From assembly GCA_964016885.1 (NCBI GenBank), contig OZ024752.1:45508001-45572000 (forward strand): a DNA stretch of 64,000 bases, in the 5' to 3' direction. Source of the stretch: Eledone cirrhosa. Taxonomy: Eukaryota. Under the pieces are notes generated by a model. The model saw only the letters and a list, made by a program, of their open reading frames with translations. It did not search any database and was not told where the DNA came from. Positions 38,193-50,823 of the stretch are shown in pieces; the first letter of the stretch is position 1; every line of letters begins with the position of its first letter. The position numbers and the translations under genes are program-made.

Positions 38193-38342
38193 GCAATTAT
38201 ATAATAAACAGGATTTCACAAAAATTTACAAAACAAAATAATTGTATTGCTAGAAAAGTAAGGTTTACAGAAACATTTCTTTTCAAACCTTTTCTTCAAT
38301 AAATTTACACATGATAGAAGGTTGTTGGTCGTCTTGGGCCAT
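29683..38342 (-). CDS. NUDT5: ADP-sugar pyrophosphatase (Nudix hydrolase 5), full spliced CDS (10 exons, 633 nt, 210 aa)
   Basis: Exons on the minus strand: 38342-38289, 36669-36602, 35801-35752, 35031-34924, 32708-32613, 31560-31505, 31292-31247, 30556-30548, 30263-30210, 29774-29683. Nudix box [23 protein letters not shown], plus GKW, TWE, LVKQYR, IEFPAG, LDPG and VYSYA motifs. Confidence 0.93.
30210..30263 (-). CDS. NUDT5: NUDT5 exon 9 ([18 protein letters not shown])
   Basis: EF(I/V)E motif, 54 nt. Confidence 0.92.
30548..30556 (-). CDS. NUDT5: NUDT5 9-nt microexon (E-P-S)
   Basis: Minus strand reads aatttcag|AACCCAGTG|gtatgt; phase 1-1; fills the 3-residue gap before EFIE. Confidence 0.8.
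31247..31292 (-). CDS. NUDT5: NUDT5 exon 7 ([15 protein letters not shown])
   Basis: I.GD...N..PKP motif, 46 nt. Confidence 0.92.
31505..31560 (-). CDS. NUDT5: NUDT5 exon 6 ([19 protein letters not shown])
   Basis: LDPG motif, 56 nt. Confidence 0.92.
31855..32202 (+). mobile_element. Full-length tRNA-derived SINE with CORE-like central domain and (TGA)n tail
   Basis: A box tggcttagtgg, B box gagttcaattc, ccttgagcaagacactt core. Near-identical partial copies at 7529-7755 (+) and 18010-18265 (-). Confidence 0.8.
32613..32708 (-). CDS. NUDT5: NUDT5 exon 5, Nudix box
   Basis: GX5EX7RELXEEXGY, 96 nt. Confidence 0.95.
33238..34865. repeat. CA-rich 72-bp higher-order minisatellite
   Basis: Alternating ...acgagc... 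and ...agagactctctc... subunits. Confidence 0.9.
34924..35031 (-). CDS. NUDT5: NUDT5 exon 4 (AVCVIALL...KQYRAPL..IEFPA)
   Basis: Conserved motif, 108 nt. Confidence 0.95.
35447..35619. mobile_element. TIR element in a TA tract (partial inverted copy at ~44540-44630)
   Basis: TGTTATATTTGGGGAGGGTCATATTGTTATA / TATAACAATATGACCCTCCCCCAAAATATAACA. Confidence 0.6.
35752..35801 (-). CDS. NUDT5: NUDT5 exon 3 ([17 protein letters not shown])
   Basis: RTWE motif, 50 nt. Confidence 0.9.
36602..36669 (-). CDS. NUDT5: NUDT5 exon 2 ([22 protein letters not shown])
   Basis: GKW..TY.DP motif, 68 nt. Confidence 0.92.
36789..36867. mobile_element. Tc1/mariner-type palindromic MITE (related copy at 58738-58838)
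   Basis: CAGGGTGTCCCCCA...TGGGGGACACCTG with TA flanks. Confidence 0.7.
37010..37260. repeat. Diverged ~41-bp tandem repeat of a SINE-tail segment
   Basis: cacgacaaaaagcacccagtccacactgtaaagtggttg, about 5 copies. Confidence 0.75.
38289..38342 (-). CDS. NUDT5: NUDT5 exon 1 ([18 protein letters not shown])
   Basis: ATG at 38342, AAG|GTTTGA donor, phase 0. Confidence 0.75.
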
Positions 38343-39514
38343 AGTCTACCCAGGTATTTGTGTTATAGTAAATAAACACGTTGGCCCTGTCCAGATGTAA
38401 AATGAAACAAGTGCTCTAACAGCGATCTAATAGAAGGCGGGTAAATATCTCACAAGTCATTTACAAACAATAGTTTGTCCCACTTGGCGATGATTAAATA
38501 GTTCCCCTGTTTATTCTTATATTTTTAACTATTGTATATATATATATATATATATATATTTATTGTGAATATATATATATATATTGTGTATATTTTCATT
38601 CTGTAAGAATTATAAATAATTTGTAATATTATTTAAAACTTTTTTCTTTATTTCTTCTCTCTTTTATGAGTTTATATTTGTGTTTATCAATGATTTTATA
38701 TTTGTAATGTTATTGCGAGCAATTTACGATGTTATTTACACATTTGTAATGTTATATAAATATATAACATATATTTAAAACATATTTGTAATGTTATTTA
38801 TCGGGTAGCAAATGACCATACTTAAGATATTTACCTAAGGTATATATTTATACAATTATAAAGAAACTATTACGTAGTTGACTGTTTTCTTTTTTTTTCT
38901 CTGTCTCTGATCAATTTTTATTGAATTGTTACTTTTGTAAATCCTATTAATTATATAAATGGTGTTTATATTTAAAAAAAAAAAAAGAATATTTATTTAA
39001 ATAATTTAAGCATTTCTGTTCACTTTTTTCCGTCTCCAGTACATGATTTATCCGACTATTATTTATAGCTTATCAGCTGGAGACAGTTGCTTTGGACAAA
39101 GACCCGCTGGAAAGAATGTTTGACGACTCTGCACCTCTTCACGACCCTTTCAGGAATAAGTGGGCGAAGAATAACTTGCCTTTCATCCTTACGGGGTCGA
39201 TAAAATAAAGTACCAGTAATGCACTGGGATAATTGCTGGCCTTGTGTCTGACGTTCTACCGATACTGCCCTGTAATAATTGTTTCTACTTTTGGCACAAA
39301 GCCAGCAATTACCCAATTACCAGTACATTACTGGTACTTTATTTTATCGACCCCGTAAAGATGAAAGGCAAAGTTAACCTCGGCGGGATTTGAACTCGGA
39401 TCATAAAGGGCCGTAACTCTATGCTGGAAAGCATGTTGTCCGATGCTCTACCGACTTTATAATATACTCATAACATAATTCTTAGAGAGGGAAAGAGAGA
39501 GAGAGAGAGAGAGC

Positions 39515-39545
<31 letters not shown>

Positions 39546-39824
39546 CACACACACAGAAAATATAATTTGTTGACATAAGCTAATAAAAGGGACATACAGT
39601 TAGTCTACACCGCTTTTCAAAAGCAAGTGTTGACTAATTCTCTATATACAGGTCACTGTGAACAACGGCAGAAAAACCATTCAAGTAATTGTTTCAGGTC
39701 ATCCTTTGTCATAAGTTAAGATGGTGTAAATGTATAGAAAAAAACCCGGTGGAGTTGAACGGGGAAATTGTATTTTTTCTATGTATATTCGGCTATCTCT
39801 TTACATCACAGTTTGCCGAACACT

Positions 39825-39927
<103 letters not shown>

Positions 39928-40011
39928 AGATCAAAAGATGGTTAAAGGAGTTCCATGTATTTTATTATGCTTATTTCAAAAACAAACATCATCATGCAAT
40001 AATATTTGTGT

Positions 40012-40078
40012 TTTTATCTGATGAAAACACAAATATTATTGCATGATGATGTTTGTTTTTGAAATAAGCATAATAAAA
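40012..40078 (+). ncRNA. Hammerhead motif at the axis of a 199-bp palindrome
   Basis: UUUUAU-CUGAUGA-AAACA...UGUUUUU-GAAA-U(AAGC)A-UA-AUAAAA. Confidence 0.5.
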
Positions 40079-40201
40079 TACATGGAACTCCTTTAACCAT
40101 CTTTTGATCTTATATTATGTATACTCCAGTCCTACAAACTGTAGAGTGCTTCTTATCCGATATCTGCATTGCTTTATTGTACTACAATAAAACTCACCTC
40201 C

Positions 40202-40243
<42 letters not shown>

Positions 40244-40341
40244 TAGTTATGTAATAAACTGTTGTTTATTACTTAACTAATAAGCTCTGTAACCTACATA
40301 GAGCGCTCTTTTTTCCTGTACCTTTCTGGCGGAATTACTTC

Positions 40342-40390
<49 letters not shown>

Positions 40391-40436
40391 GTGTATGACG
40401 CATGTAAGTATGTATATATATATATATATATGTAAG

Positions 40437-40496
<60 letters not shown>

Positions 40497-40537
40497 AGTA
40501 TGTATATATATATATATGTAAGTATGTATATATATAT

Positions 40538-40588
<51 letters not shown>

Positions 40589-40716
40589 ATATATATGTGT
40601 GTGTGTGTGTGTGTGTATATATGTGTGTGTGTGTGTATATGTGTGTGTGTATATACGTATATATATATGTGTATATATGTATATATATATATGTGTATAT
40701 ATGTATATATGTGTGC

Positions 40717-40756
<40 letters not shown>

Positions 40757-41169
40757 GCTTACGTAGACCCTCAAATTCGTTGGATTCCCACAATGGATTT
40801 TCCCCCTGGAACTGTTTTTTTACCCGAGATCTACCAGAACTTCCACTTGGATATCTTTTCGGATCACTGGATTTTCTGATAACCTTTCCCTACCAATACA
40901 CCACAACTCCCTGCCTCTTCTCCTCCTCCTTCTCTTCTCACTGATTTCCACTTGGCATTATTTGTCCGAACTCATCAGGGCTGTGGATTGGCAATAATTG
41001 GTAGAGCGTCAGACACCATGCTTTACGGCATAGAGTTATGGCCGTTTACGTTCTGAGTTCAACGCCGAGGTTAACTTTGCCTTTCATCCTTACGGCGGAG
41101 TCGATAAAATAAAGTATCAGTAATGCACTGGGGTAATTTCTGGCCTTGTGCCAAAAGTAGAACCAATTA

Positions 41170-41700
41170 TTTGTCCGAACACAAATGCTAGGGTATTCAT
41201 ATTGGAACATCAGAGCAAGAAAAAGCTGTCCTTCGATCCCAAACTCCACCAGAACTTTCCACATCAGATCCCATGAACTCCAGTTCTACAAAACAAAGAA
41301 TATACCTCTTGGCAATACTCCTACGATTTCTCAAAGACCTGCCGCAGTGTAAATATTTGGTTGGTTGTGTTGTCTCGGAGGTGAAAACCACACTGTTTGT
41401 CAGCTGGCTTGGGCTCGAATTTTTCCTTACATCTCTTTGCCAGGCACTTAGCATAAACTTTACTGGAGAGGCTTAACAAGGAGACCCCTCTATAATTGGG
41501 GTAATCTCTCTTGTTTCCTTATTTGAAAATTAGGATTACCACTCTCGGTTGCCATTGTTTAGGTGCTTTTCCAGAGATGTAGGCCATCTGGCACACACGA
41601 GTCAGCCAGGGTATACCTTCTCTATTTAAAGCTTTTAGGACCTCAAGCCGAATTTCATCCTCCCTATCGGCCTTGGGGAAACGGAGCAGGCTTAGTGGGT
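41170..41700 (-). mobile_element. Degenerate RTE-type LINE reverse-transcriptase fragments
   Basis: DEIRLEVLKALNREGIPWLTRVCQ...PKQW..VVILIFK and LWKVL.EFGI motifs, with frameshifts. Confidence 0.75.
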
Positions 41701-42149
41701 CCCCTTTCTGGACACCCGTGCTGATCCACTTGTCAGCAGCCATAAGTGTGTCTGCCGGGTGTCACATAATCGAGGTGTGATAAGGTGAAGCGAGAGAGCA
41801 CATCTTTGATATGTCTCTAAAACGTGATCCCGCCTAATACCGTTGAAGGCGTTATACATGTCCTCCAGCTTCATTGGGAGGTGATGTGACGAAGGTGGCG
41901 CGTGTTATATGATGTGTCTGGCCACATGAGCTGTCACCTCACATCCACACTTAACTTCCACTCCGAGCTGGACAAGGCGTTCTCGTGTGTGTGTGTGCAA
42001 AAATACTGTTTCCTTCATAAACCGAGCCAATTAACGTTAAACAGGGGAGTTAACTCTAAAAGTACACAGCTTAAAAATTGTAGGAGTACTCTTCCTTGAA
42101 TTTTAAATTTATTCGATATCCCTAAATTCCATTTTATGCATAAGCAATT

Positions 42150-42440
42150 ATATAAAAGGTTGGGCGGGGAAGTTTATAGGCTGACTATGAATGAATGATG
42201 TTAGAGATGTGAAATCCTGTGTGTGAGTGAGAGTATGTGGTGCTTGTATATGTCATATTTCAATCGTGTTGAAAGGGGCTGCAAAAGACATTGTGTTTAT
42301 GGGGTCACACCATCAATGGAGAGTACTATGTCAACTTGCTGAGGCAGTTTCGAAGGGCTGTCAAGAACAAACGCCCTGAAAAACTGACGAAAGGGGTTTT
42401 GTTTCATCAGGACAATGTTCCGGCATACAACTCCTAGGTT
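42150..42440 (+). mobile_element. Mariner transposase remnant
   Basis: GHTINGEYYVNLLRQFRRAVKNKRPEKLTKGVLFHQDN at ~42302-42417; TIR-like start at ~42153. Confidence 0.8.
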
Positions 42441-42463
42441 CTGCGTTACTATGGCTTTGGAAT

Positions 42464-42992
42464 TTAGGGTTAGGGTTAAGGATAAGGTTAGGGTTAAGTA
42501 TAAGGTTATAGTTAGATTTAGGGTTAGGGACAGGTAAGGGTTAGGGTTAGGGTTAAGGATAAGGTTATAGTTAGATTTAGGGTTAGGGACAGGTAAGGGT
42601 TAGGGTTAGGGTTAAGGATAAGGTTATAGTTAGATTTAGGGTTAGGGACAGGTAAGGGTTAGGGTTAAGGATAGAGTTAGGGTTAGGGTTAAGTATAAGG
42701 TTATAGTTAGATTTAGGGTTAGGGACAGGTTAGGGTTAGGGTTAAGGATAAGGTTAGGGTTAAGTATAAGGTTATAGTTAGATTTAGGGTTAGGGACAGG
42801 TAAGGGTTAGGGTTAGGGTTAAGGATAAGGTTATAGTTAGATTTAGGATTAGGGACAGGTAAGGGTTAAGGATAGAGTTAGGGTTAGGGTTAAGTATAAG
42901 GTTATAGTTAGATTTAGGGTTAGGGACAGGTAAGGGTTAGGGTTAGGGTTAAGTATAAGGTTATAGTTAGTGTTAGGGTTGGTAAGGGTTAG
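42464..42992 (+). repeat. Interstitial telomere-like (TTAGGG variant) array
   Basis: TTAGGG interspersed with TTAAGG, ATAAGG, TTATAG, TTAGAT, ACAGG, TAAGGG in a recurring order. Confidence 0.9.
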
Positions 42993-43489
42993 TGTTATAT
43001 CCCCCGAGCTGAATTAATTAACCCTTCCTGCCCCATATAGCCGACAGCTGTTGTAACGTGTCAGCAGCACAAGATAAGGAGATAACATGGAGAGAAAGTA
43101 AATATTAGAAAACTGGTCAAAGGAGAGAGGGAGAGGGAACGCGATAGATAGAGAAGGAAAGAAAAAAGAAAAGATATAGATAGAAAGAGTGAGAAACGCG
43201 AACTGCAACAACAACAACAAAGGTAGCAGCAGCAGCAGCAGCCAACAAAAGAAACGTTCGATCAATGAAGAAACCAAACCTTTTGAACATCTGGTTGTTA
43301 GAGTGTGTGTGTGTAACTATACGCAGATGCATATACATATTTACATACACACACACACATATGTACGTATACATATATATATATACATATATGTATGTAT
43401 ATATATATATATGTATGTATATATATATATGTATATATATATGTATATATATATATGTATATATATATATGTATATATAGTTTTGCGAG

Positions 43490-44510
43490 GTTTTTGATAC
43501 GACAACCAGAGATACCAGAGTGTCATGTTTCTGGACGCCACCCCTGGAGGGAAATTAGCTAACCAGTGTAGAAAGGCCCTGAGAAAGACCCACTTAAAGA
43601 TTAAGGTGGTAGAAAAGCCAGGAACCACCATAAAATCCCTGATCAGCAAAACCTACCCTTTTAAGAAAACCCACTGTACTAATAGGAAATGTATCATATG
43701 TAAGGTGAACCCCCGGATAAACTGTAAAACTAGAAACGTAGTCTATAGCATAAGATGTACAGAAGGCACTTGTAGAAACATGACAACAACATACATAGGC
43801 GAGACAGCTCGTAGCATAGGTGAAAGGATAGACCAACACTGGGGGGAACTAAAGGGACGAAAAAACGGGTCAGTACTATACGAACATGCTAGACAACAAC
43901 ATGACGGTAACATAGACAACATAGAAATTAGAATAATATCTAAACATAGAAATGACCCAGCAGATAGGCAAATCAGAGAGGCCAGTGAAATAGAACTTAG
44001 AAGGCCAAGGCTAAACAGAAAAATGAATGGAATAACAGCAACACCCAAACAAACAACACTGACCTAAGAGAAGTATAAATAAATAAATAAATAGATAAAT
44101 AAATAAATAAATAGATAAATAAATAAATAAATAGATAAATAAATAAATAAATACATACACAAGCACAATAACAACAAACACATATAAACACACACTAGTA
44201 AAGATAGAATACATTAACCAATACACAGCCACCCAATCACGAACACACATCAAACAAAACACTATACACACACGCAAACGCATGCACAAAGAAGACAAAA
44301 TAAAATAAACAAATAAATAAATATATAAACAGACTAAATAAAATGGCGTAGAAAATACAATGCAACGGGAGGAAACAATAGCACCACTGACGATGTTGCA
44401 GATGTGCAACGAAAGATTTATGATAAACTATATATATGTATTTGTGTCTATATTGTATCTGTATTATTTTTGACCGTCGGTCAGTCAATGGCAACATTGA
44501 GGACCGAGTA
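43490..44510 (+). mobile_element. 5'-truncated Penelope-like element: C-terminal GIY-YIG endonuclease plus 3' pLTR region
   Basis: ORF 43525..44067 with TPGGKLA, KVVEKPG, CxxC motifs, VVYSIRC...YIGETARSIGERIDQH, RQIREA. Probable 1-nt deletion near 44022 (LNRK-NEW). TA-rich tract upstream, hammerhead downstream. Confidence 0.88.
44383..44424 (+). ncRNA. Degenerate hammerhead motif in the Penelope 3' pLTR
   Basis: ACCA-CUGACGA-uGUUGCA(GAUG)UGCAAC-GAAA-GAUUUA-UGAU, about 320 nt downstream of the GIY-YIG ORF. Confidence 0.6.
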
Positions 44511-44625
44511 AGTTAGATTACCGATATAAAAGACACAGAAGCGAGAAGCGAAAACCAACCAAACAGTGAGTGTGTTCTGTTATTAATTCTGGCAATATTA
44601 CACAAATATGACCCTCCCCAAGTAT

Positions 44626-44719
<94 letters not shown>

Positions 44720-44741
44720 GTATGTATATATATCTATATAC

Positions 44742-44805
<64 letters not shown>

Positions 44806-45196
44806 ATATATATAAAATTAAAAACGATTGACATATCAAGCACTGCATACTCTCTCTCAAAAAAGAACAAACCTAAATAGGATAAAAATCAACTTTATTA
44901 GTATGATTCTCGCTGAAAGTGGAAAATAGTTATTTTTGACGTTTCGGACAAGATCCTTCTTTTGAAAATAGATGGATGAATGAGGGAAAGAAAAATATAT
45001 AAAATATATAGGACAAGGCCAAACGGAAAACACCCACATGTAGCGTGTTTCAACATGATAGCCATTGATTGATCGGAAATAGAACGATCAGGCCTATTAT
45101 TCAAAGACAAGAGAGAGATCGACGTAACTTGTATTTGCCTGTATTAGTGTGTGCGTATGATTGTGTATGTATGTGTGTGTATATTGTGTATATATA

Positions 45197-45232
<36 letters not shown>

Positions 45233-47003
45233 CGAGAGAGTTCTGTGCTTACGTATGTATCTAGTTTTATGTGTATGTGTTTGTGCATGTATTTGAAGTG
45301 TTTGTTTTTAAGTTGAGGTTGAATGTGTATTCGGGGTATCTTTGTGTAAAACAACAATACCAATAATGATTTCTACTATAGGCACAAGGCCAGCAATTAC
45401 CCCAGTGTATTACTGGTACTTTATTTTATATAATAATGATTTCTACTATAGGCACAAGGCCAGCAATATGGAGGGGAGGCGAAAGACGATTAAATTGACC
45501 CCAGTGTATTGCTGGTACTTTATTTTATCGACCTCACTGGTACTTTATTTTATCGACCGCCCTTAAGGATGAAAGGCAAAGTTAACCACGGTGAGATTTG
45601 AACACAGGACGTAAAGGGCCATACTCTATGCTGTAATGCATGGTGTCTGGCGCTCTACCGATACTGTCAATCAACCGCCCTGATAATACCAATAATAAAT
45701 ACAAAAAATAACAAAACATAAACAACAATAAAACAAACAAAACTGAAGTATCATACGTAGTCTAATGGTTAAGGTGTTGGGTTCACAATAGTAAAGTTGT
45801 GAGTTCAGCTCCGAACGGGGCAGTGTGATTTGTTCTTGAGCAAGTTACTTTATTTCATGTTGCTCCAGTCCATAGCTGGATTTAATGGGGGTGGGTGGGG
45901 TGGTAAAGGGGTCGATTGCCCCGGGCCCCTGCAGTGTGTGGGAGGCTCCACCAGCGAAGGCCGTAGTAATTTATTTGTGCCCTCAGCTGGGCTTTTTAGT
46001 TTTAGGATGGTTAGAATTTTTGAATTTAATACTTGTATGTAAAACCCTTCAATTCCAATTACTTGTTCCAAACTAACTTTGATATGTAAAATTGCGGGGT
46101 TTGCTGTGTATTCTAATTATTTGTGTTTGTGGGGGCTCCTGAAATCTGAAGTGTCCTGGGACCTCCAAGGTCTAAATCCAAACCTGTTCCAGTCTACTCA
46201 ACTGTGAAACTCGAGTAGCGGCAACAGCTGGTGAGTAACCTTCTGAGGGACTGGCACCCTATCCAGGAATAAGTTTTCTCTTCTCAGTCGTTTAATGCTA
46301 CAAAGAAAGACTTTATTTAACCCCTTCACTCACACCTCTATTAAAAAAAAACAACCTAGAATTTATTTTGTAATCAAACATCGCTATGGAAAATGGCTAA
46401 GTGCGTTGGTTTTCTATTGAACGAGTAGTTAGAAGGTAGGTCTTACAAAGGATGTAATCGAAACCTGTTATAAACTGATCATTATCATAGGTCTTACGAA
46501 GGATGTAATCGAAACTGCATCCTGTTATAAACTGATCATTATCATTGTTGTAGCATTTTGTTGAAAGATGGGTGAGAGAGGCAAGTATGGCCCGAGTGAA
46601 TGGGCCTACTCTGAGTATGTCTGTAAATTAAAGGTGGAAAACTGGGAGAGGGCACTTGCCCTGGTGGTCAGGGTCACTACGGCCTTTTAATGGGCTTTCT
46701 CCACAAATGTCCCTCCGAAGTCTCCCCCCTATTGGGGAATTTTTCATTGTTTTTTTTTGTTACATCCTCTGTTTTTGTTTTTTACACGCAGAAATGTCCA
46801 TTTGTACCGTCCTGTATTGTCCTGTACTGTCCTTAATGTCTACTTTATGTAAACCCTTGTGGTTAATAAAGAAAGCATTATTATTATTATTATTATTATT
46901 AATATTGCCACGCCACATTCACAGACGCAGCCATACACACACACACACACACACACTCTCTCTCACACATACACACACTCTCTCGACTACGTTTGCGTAC
47001 ACA

Positions 47004-47046
<43 letters not shown>

Positions 47047-47429
47047 ACATACACAGACACGTGCACACACGCTCTCTTTCTCTCTCACCCGTACGTTTGC
47101 GTTCACACATACACACACACAGACATACATATATATATATTTATACACACATACGCAGAAACATACACATACACATGCTGTTGACAGCTGGCCCTTGCTG
47201 CCGCCAGGGGGGGTCTTTGGTAACAGCCGAAGATCGGCCATTAAAGAGGGAATAATGTGTTTTACGTTTTCGCGAAGTTACGTGGATGAGTGGTTAAGAT
47301 GTTCCGTATTCCGTCCACGACTTCAAGGTTCAATTCCCAGACCAGGTGGTGTGGTGTGTTCTTCAGTAAAATACTTTATTTAATGTTGTTCCTTCTTCCA
47401 GGAGTTGCAAGCGGCAGATAGTATTAACG

Positions 47430-47925
47430 GGGCGAGGTTAACTTTGCCTTTCATCCTTACGGGGTCGATAAAATAAAGTACCAGTAATGTACTGGGTAAT
47501 TGCTGGCCTTGTGCCAAAAGTAGAAACAATTAATACTGGTACTTTATTTTATCGACCCCGTAAGGATGAAACGCCGAGGTTAACTTTGCCTTTCATCCTT
47601 ACGGGGTCGGTAAAATAAAGTACCAGTAATGTACTGGGTAATTGCTGGCCTTGTGCCAAAAGTAGAAACAATTATTTATGAAGGTGCATTTAAGGGAGGT
47701 GAATTGGCAGTATCGGTAGAGGGTCGGACGCCATGCTAGGGTGGTGGATTGGCAGTGTCGGTAGAGGGCCGGACATGCTTTCCAGCATAGTTACGTCCCT
47801 TTACGATCTGAGTTCAAATCCCGCCGAAGTTAACTTTGCCTTTCATCCTTACGGGATTGGTAAAATAAAGTACCAGTAATACACTGGGGTTAATTGCTGG
47901 CTTTGTGCCAAAAGTAGAGACATTA
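47430..47925. mobile_element. Cluster of tandem and inverted Nin-SINE pieces
   Basis: Three forward pieces and one inverted piece forming a local hairpin at ~47534-47630. Confidence 0.75.
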
Positions 47926-48369
47926 TTATTATTTGTTGTTGTAATGGAGAGATAGATTAGAGTGGCAGAAGTGAAGGAGAGACAACACCACATCCGATCC
48001 TGTTCAGGAATCGAACCCACGAGACTATGATCATGTCTCCAACATCACTAACCACTTAGCCACATGCCTTCATGCCGGAATAAATTGTGAGAGCTTAAAA
48101 GAAATGGGAAATGCCTTCTCCATCCTGTCCGCCGGGGCTGTGGGGAGGCTAGCACGCGGGACCCCATTTGCTCACCATACGAATTAATAGGCAAAGTTAT
48201 AAACTATTGTAAATAAACCTGTTTAAGATTGTGTTTTTTTTAAATCTTTTTATTTGGTTAAACAGACAGAAAAAGTAAGTAATATTGGAAAGAACTATAA
48301 ATGCCATAAATGAGAGGAAAAGGAGAAGAAGAGCAAAGACTGATAGAGAAAATCTAAATGTCTAAAGTT

Positions 48370-48638
48370 TGTCTCGAGCTCGGAGGTTCAGTTGGCTGGT
48401 GCTTATCTCGGATTCCGTGGCGTCAAGCAACTGAGAGTACAAAACTTCCCCACTGGACAGGACGCTAGTCCATCACAGGGTTAAGCTCCCAGCTATTGTT
48501 GGTACTCATTTCCAGCTGAGTATACTGGAGCAACGTGAAATGAAGTGTTTTGCTCAAGAACACAACACGCAACCCAGGAATCGAGCCCACGACATTATGA
48601 TCGTAAGTCCAACACCCTTACCACTGGGCCACGCGTCT
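48370..48638 (-). mobile_element. tRNA-derived SINE (third subfamily)
   Basis: Minus strand: gtggcccagtggtaagg A box, gctcgattcc B box, ttcttgagcaaaacactt core. Confidence 0.65.
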
Positions 48639-48912
48639 TATTATACAAACGGACGCCATAATGAAAGGAGAGGGTGACAAACTGACAGGCTGACAGGGTG
48701 ACAGACTGACAGGGTGACAGACTGACTGGGTGACAGGCTGACAGGGTGACAGGCTGACAGCCATGCACATAGTAAAGAAGGGAGATGATAATTTAAAAAA
48801 TTAAATACCAAGTAACGCTGCAATACAAATATTATTCAACAGGTAATAGCAACGGTAGATAATACTGCTACCTGACAGTCGTGGCAGCTGCTACACTATA
48901 TATGGGCTTAAT

Positions 48913-48944
<32 letters not shown>

Positions 48945-49003
48945 GTATATATGTATATATATATATACACACACACACGCACACATATATATATATGTAT
49001 ATA

Positions 49004-49120
<117 letters not shown>

Positions 49121-49359
49121 GCGCACACGCACACACATATATATATATACATATATACATACCTACATATATATACATATATACATACATACGTACATAC
49201 ATACGTACATATGTATACATACATACATACTTACATACATACATTCATACATACGTACATACATACGTACATATGTATACATATATACATACATACATAT
49301 ATACATTCATATATACATACATACATACATACATACATACATACATACATACATGGTGG

Positions 49360-49700
49360 CTGCCAACTCGTTTTCGAGTACGGCCACTACTTTATATCCA
49401 TGTAGGAGAACCCCTACCGATGCGCTGAACGAGTGACTTTTTAGTCCAGCCAGCGACTTGAAAACTCTGGTACAAACACTACACTTGTGACAATTATTGA
49501 CACATAGTGCTGGGCCCATGGTACCATGTGACGACAAGTGCAGAGAGATCTCCAGATATAAAGCAATGCCTGTGCCGTGAAGCTTTTATAGTGAGCAAAG
49601 GCACTGCACAAAGCCAGTCCCACTCTCTTAACCAAGATGATATTTACCAAAAAGAAGAACAAGTCAACATCATTGGATACCATCAGGGTTGCAGGTGTTA
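49360..49700 (-). mobile_element. LINE 3' fragment with C-terminal zinc-finger-like motif
   Basis: [17 protein letters not shown] typical of RTE-type ORF2 C-termini. Confidence 0.5.
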
Positions 49701-50033
49701 TATCAGAGTTTTCCTTCTCCTAGAATTCTGCCTTGACAAAGGCTAAGGGGTCATCTCTCCCGGTGATTTTGGATGGCCATTGACTCTTAAGAGCTCCTTT
49801 GCCCTTTGACAGGTTTTGTTTTTAGTCCTGCAGGATGTCCAAAGTCACCCTCCTCACCAAGAAACCTTGGTGGGGTTGCCAGTTTAGTCGCCAACGACCC
49901 GACCATGAGACAGGTTGTACTGGGATACATGTTACCAGTAGCACCAACTGGTGACCTGACATAAACATACATACATACATACATACATACTTACATACAT
50001 ACATTCATACATACGTACATACATACATGTATG

Positions 50034-50101
<68 letters not shown>

Positions 50102-50143
50102 TGTATGTATGTATGTATGTATGTATGTATATATGTATGTATG

Positions 50144-50177
<34 letters not shown>

Positions 50178-50187
50178 TGTATGTATG

Positions 50188-50221
<34 letters not shown>

Positions 50222-50391
50222 TGTATGTATGTATACATTTTGTTCTCTTTCTCTTAATTTCGAGTACAATTTTGACCGGCCACCTTCCTGTTGGCAAGGT
50301 TGAAAAAGAAAGGAAATTGTCATCCCTTGAATCACAAGAATGTTTCGCAAATTTTAGATGTGCCAGATGTCAGATAGTAAAATAGCGCGGC

Positions 50392-50456
<65 letters not shown>

Positions 50457-50490
50457 TTGTGTGTATGTGCTGATCAGTTGAATACCACTA

Positions 50491-50599
50491 CTTTCTGATG
50501 AAGTGTAACATATAATTGAGTATTACATATGATTGAACAATATATATTGTAGTCAGCATATGTAGACCATTATAATAGACACAGAAACATATGTTAAAG
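50491..50599 (+). ncRNA. Type-I hammerhead motif with extended helix II
   Basis: CUUU-CUGAUGA-aGUGU...~70 nt...ACACa-GAAA-C(AUAU)G-UU-AAAG. Confidence 0.55.
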
Positions 50600-50656
50600 C
50601 AAATAAATTCATAATTTCTTCAAGCTGACATTTTATTTTTCTTGGTGCAATACTTG

Positions 50657-50724
<68 letters not shown>

Positions 50725-50768
50725 AAGTTAAATAAAAGTCAAATGATTAAAATTTAGCTTCGTATATT

Positions 50769-50823
50769 ACTGCTATATATATTTCAGTGACAGCCATCTT
50801 TGGCTGTGACCTCTTCAGGCAGT
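50769..50823 (-). ncRNA. Minimal type-I hammerhead ribozyme (canonical core)
   Basis: Minus strand: ACUGC-CUGAAGA-GGUCACAGCCA(AAGA)UGGCUGUCACU-GAAA-U(AUAU)A-UA-GCAGU; helix I 5 bp, long helix II, palindromic helix III loop. Confidence 0.75.

Noticed and set aside
46436-46545. Duplicated CTTACGA...GAAAC hammerhead-like segment
   Set aside because: Core has a G-to-T change, helix II is weak and helix I is unsupported
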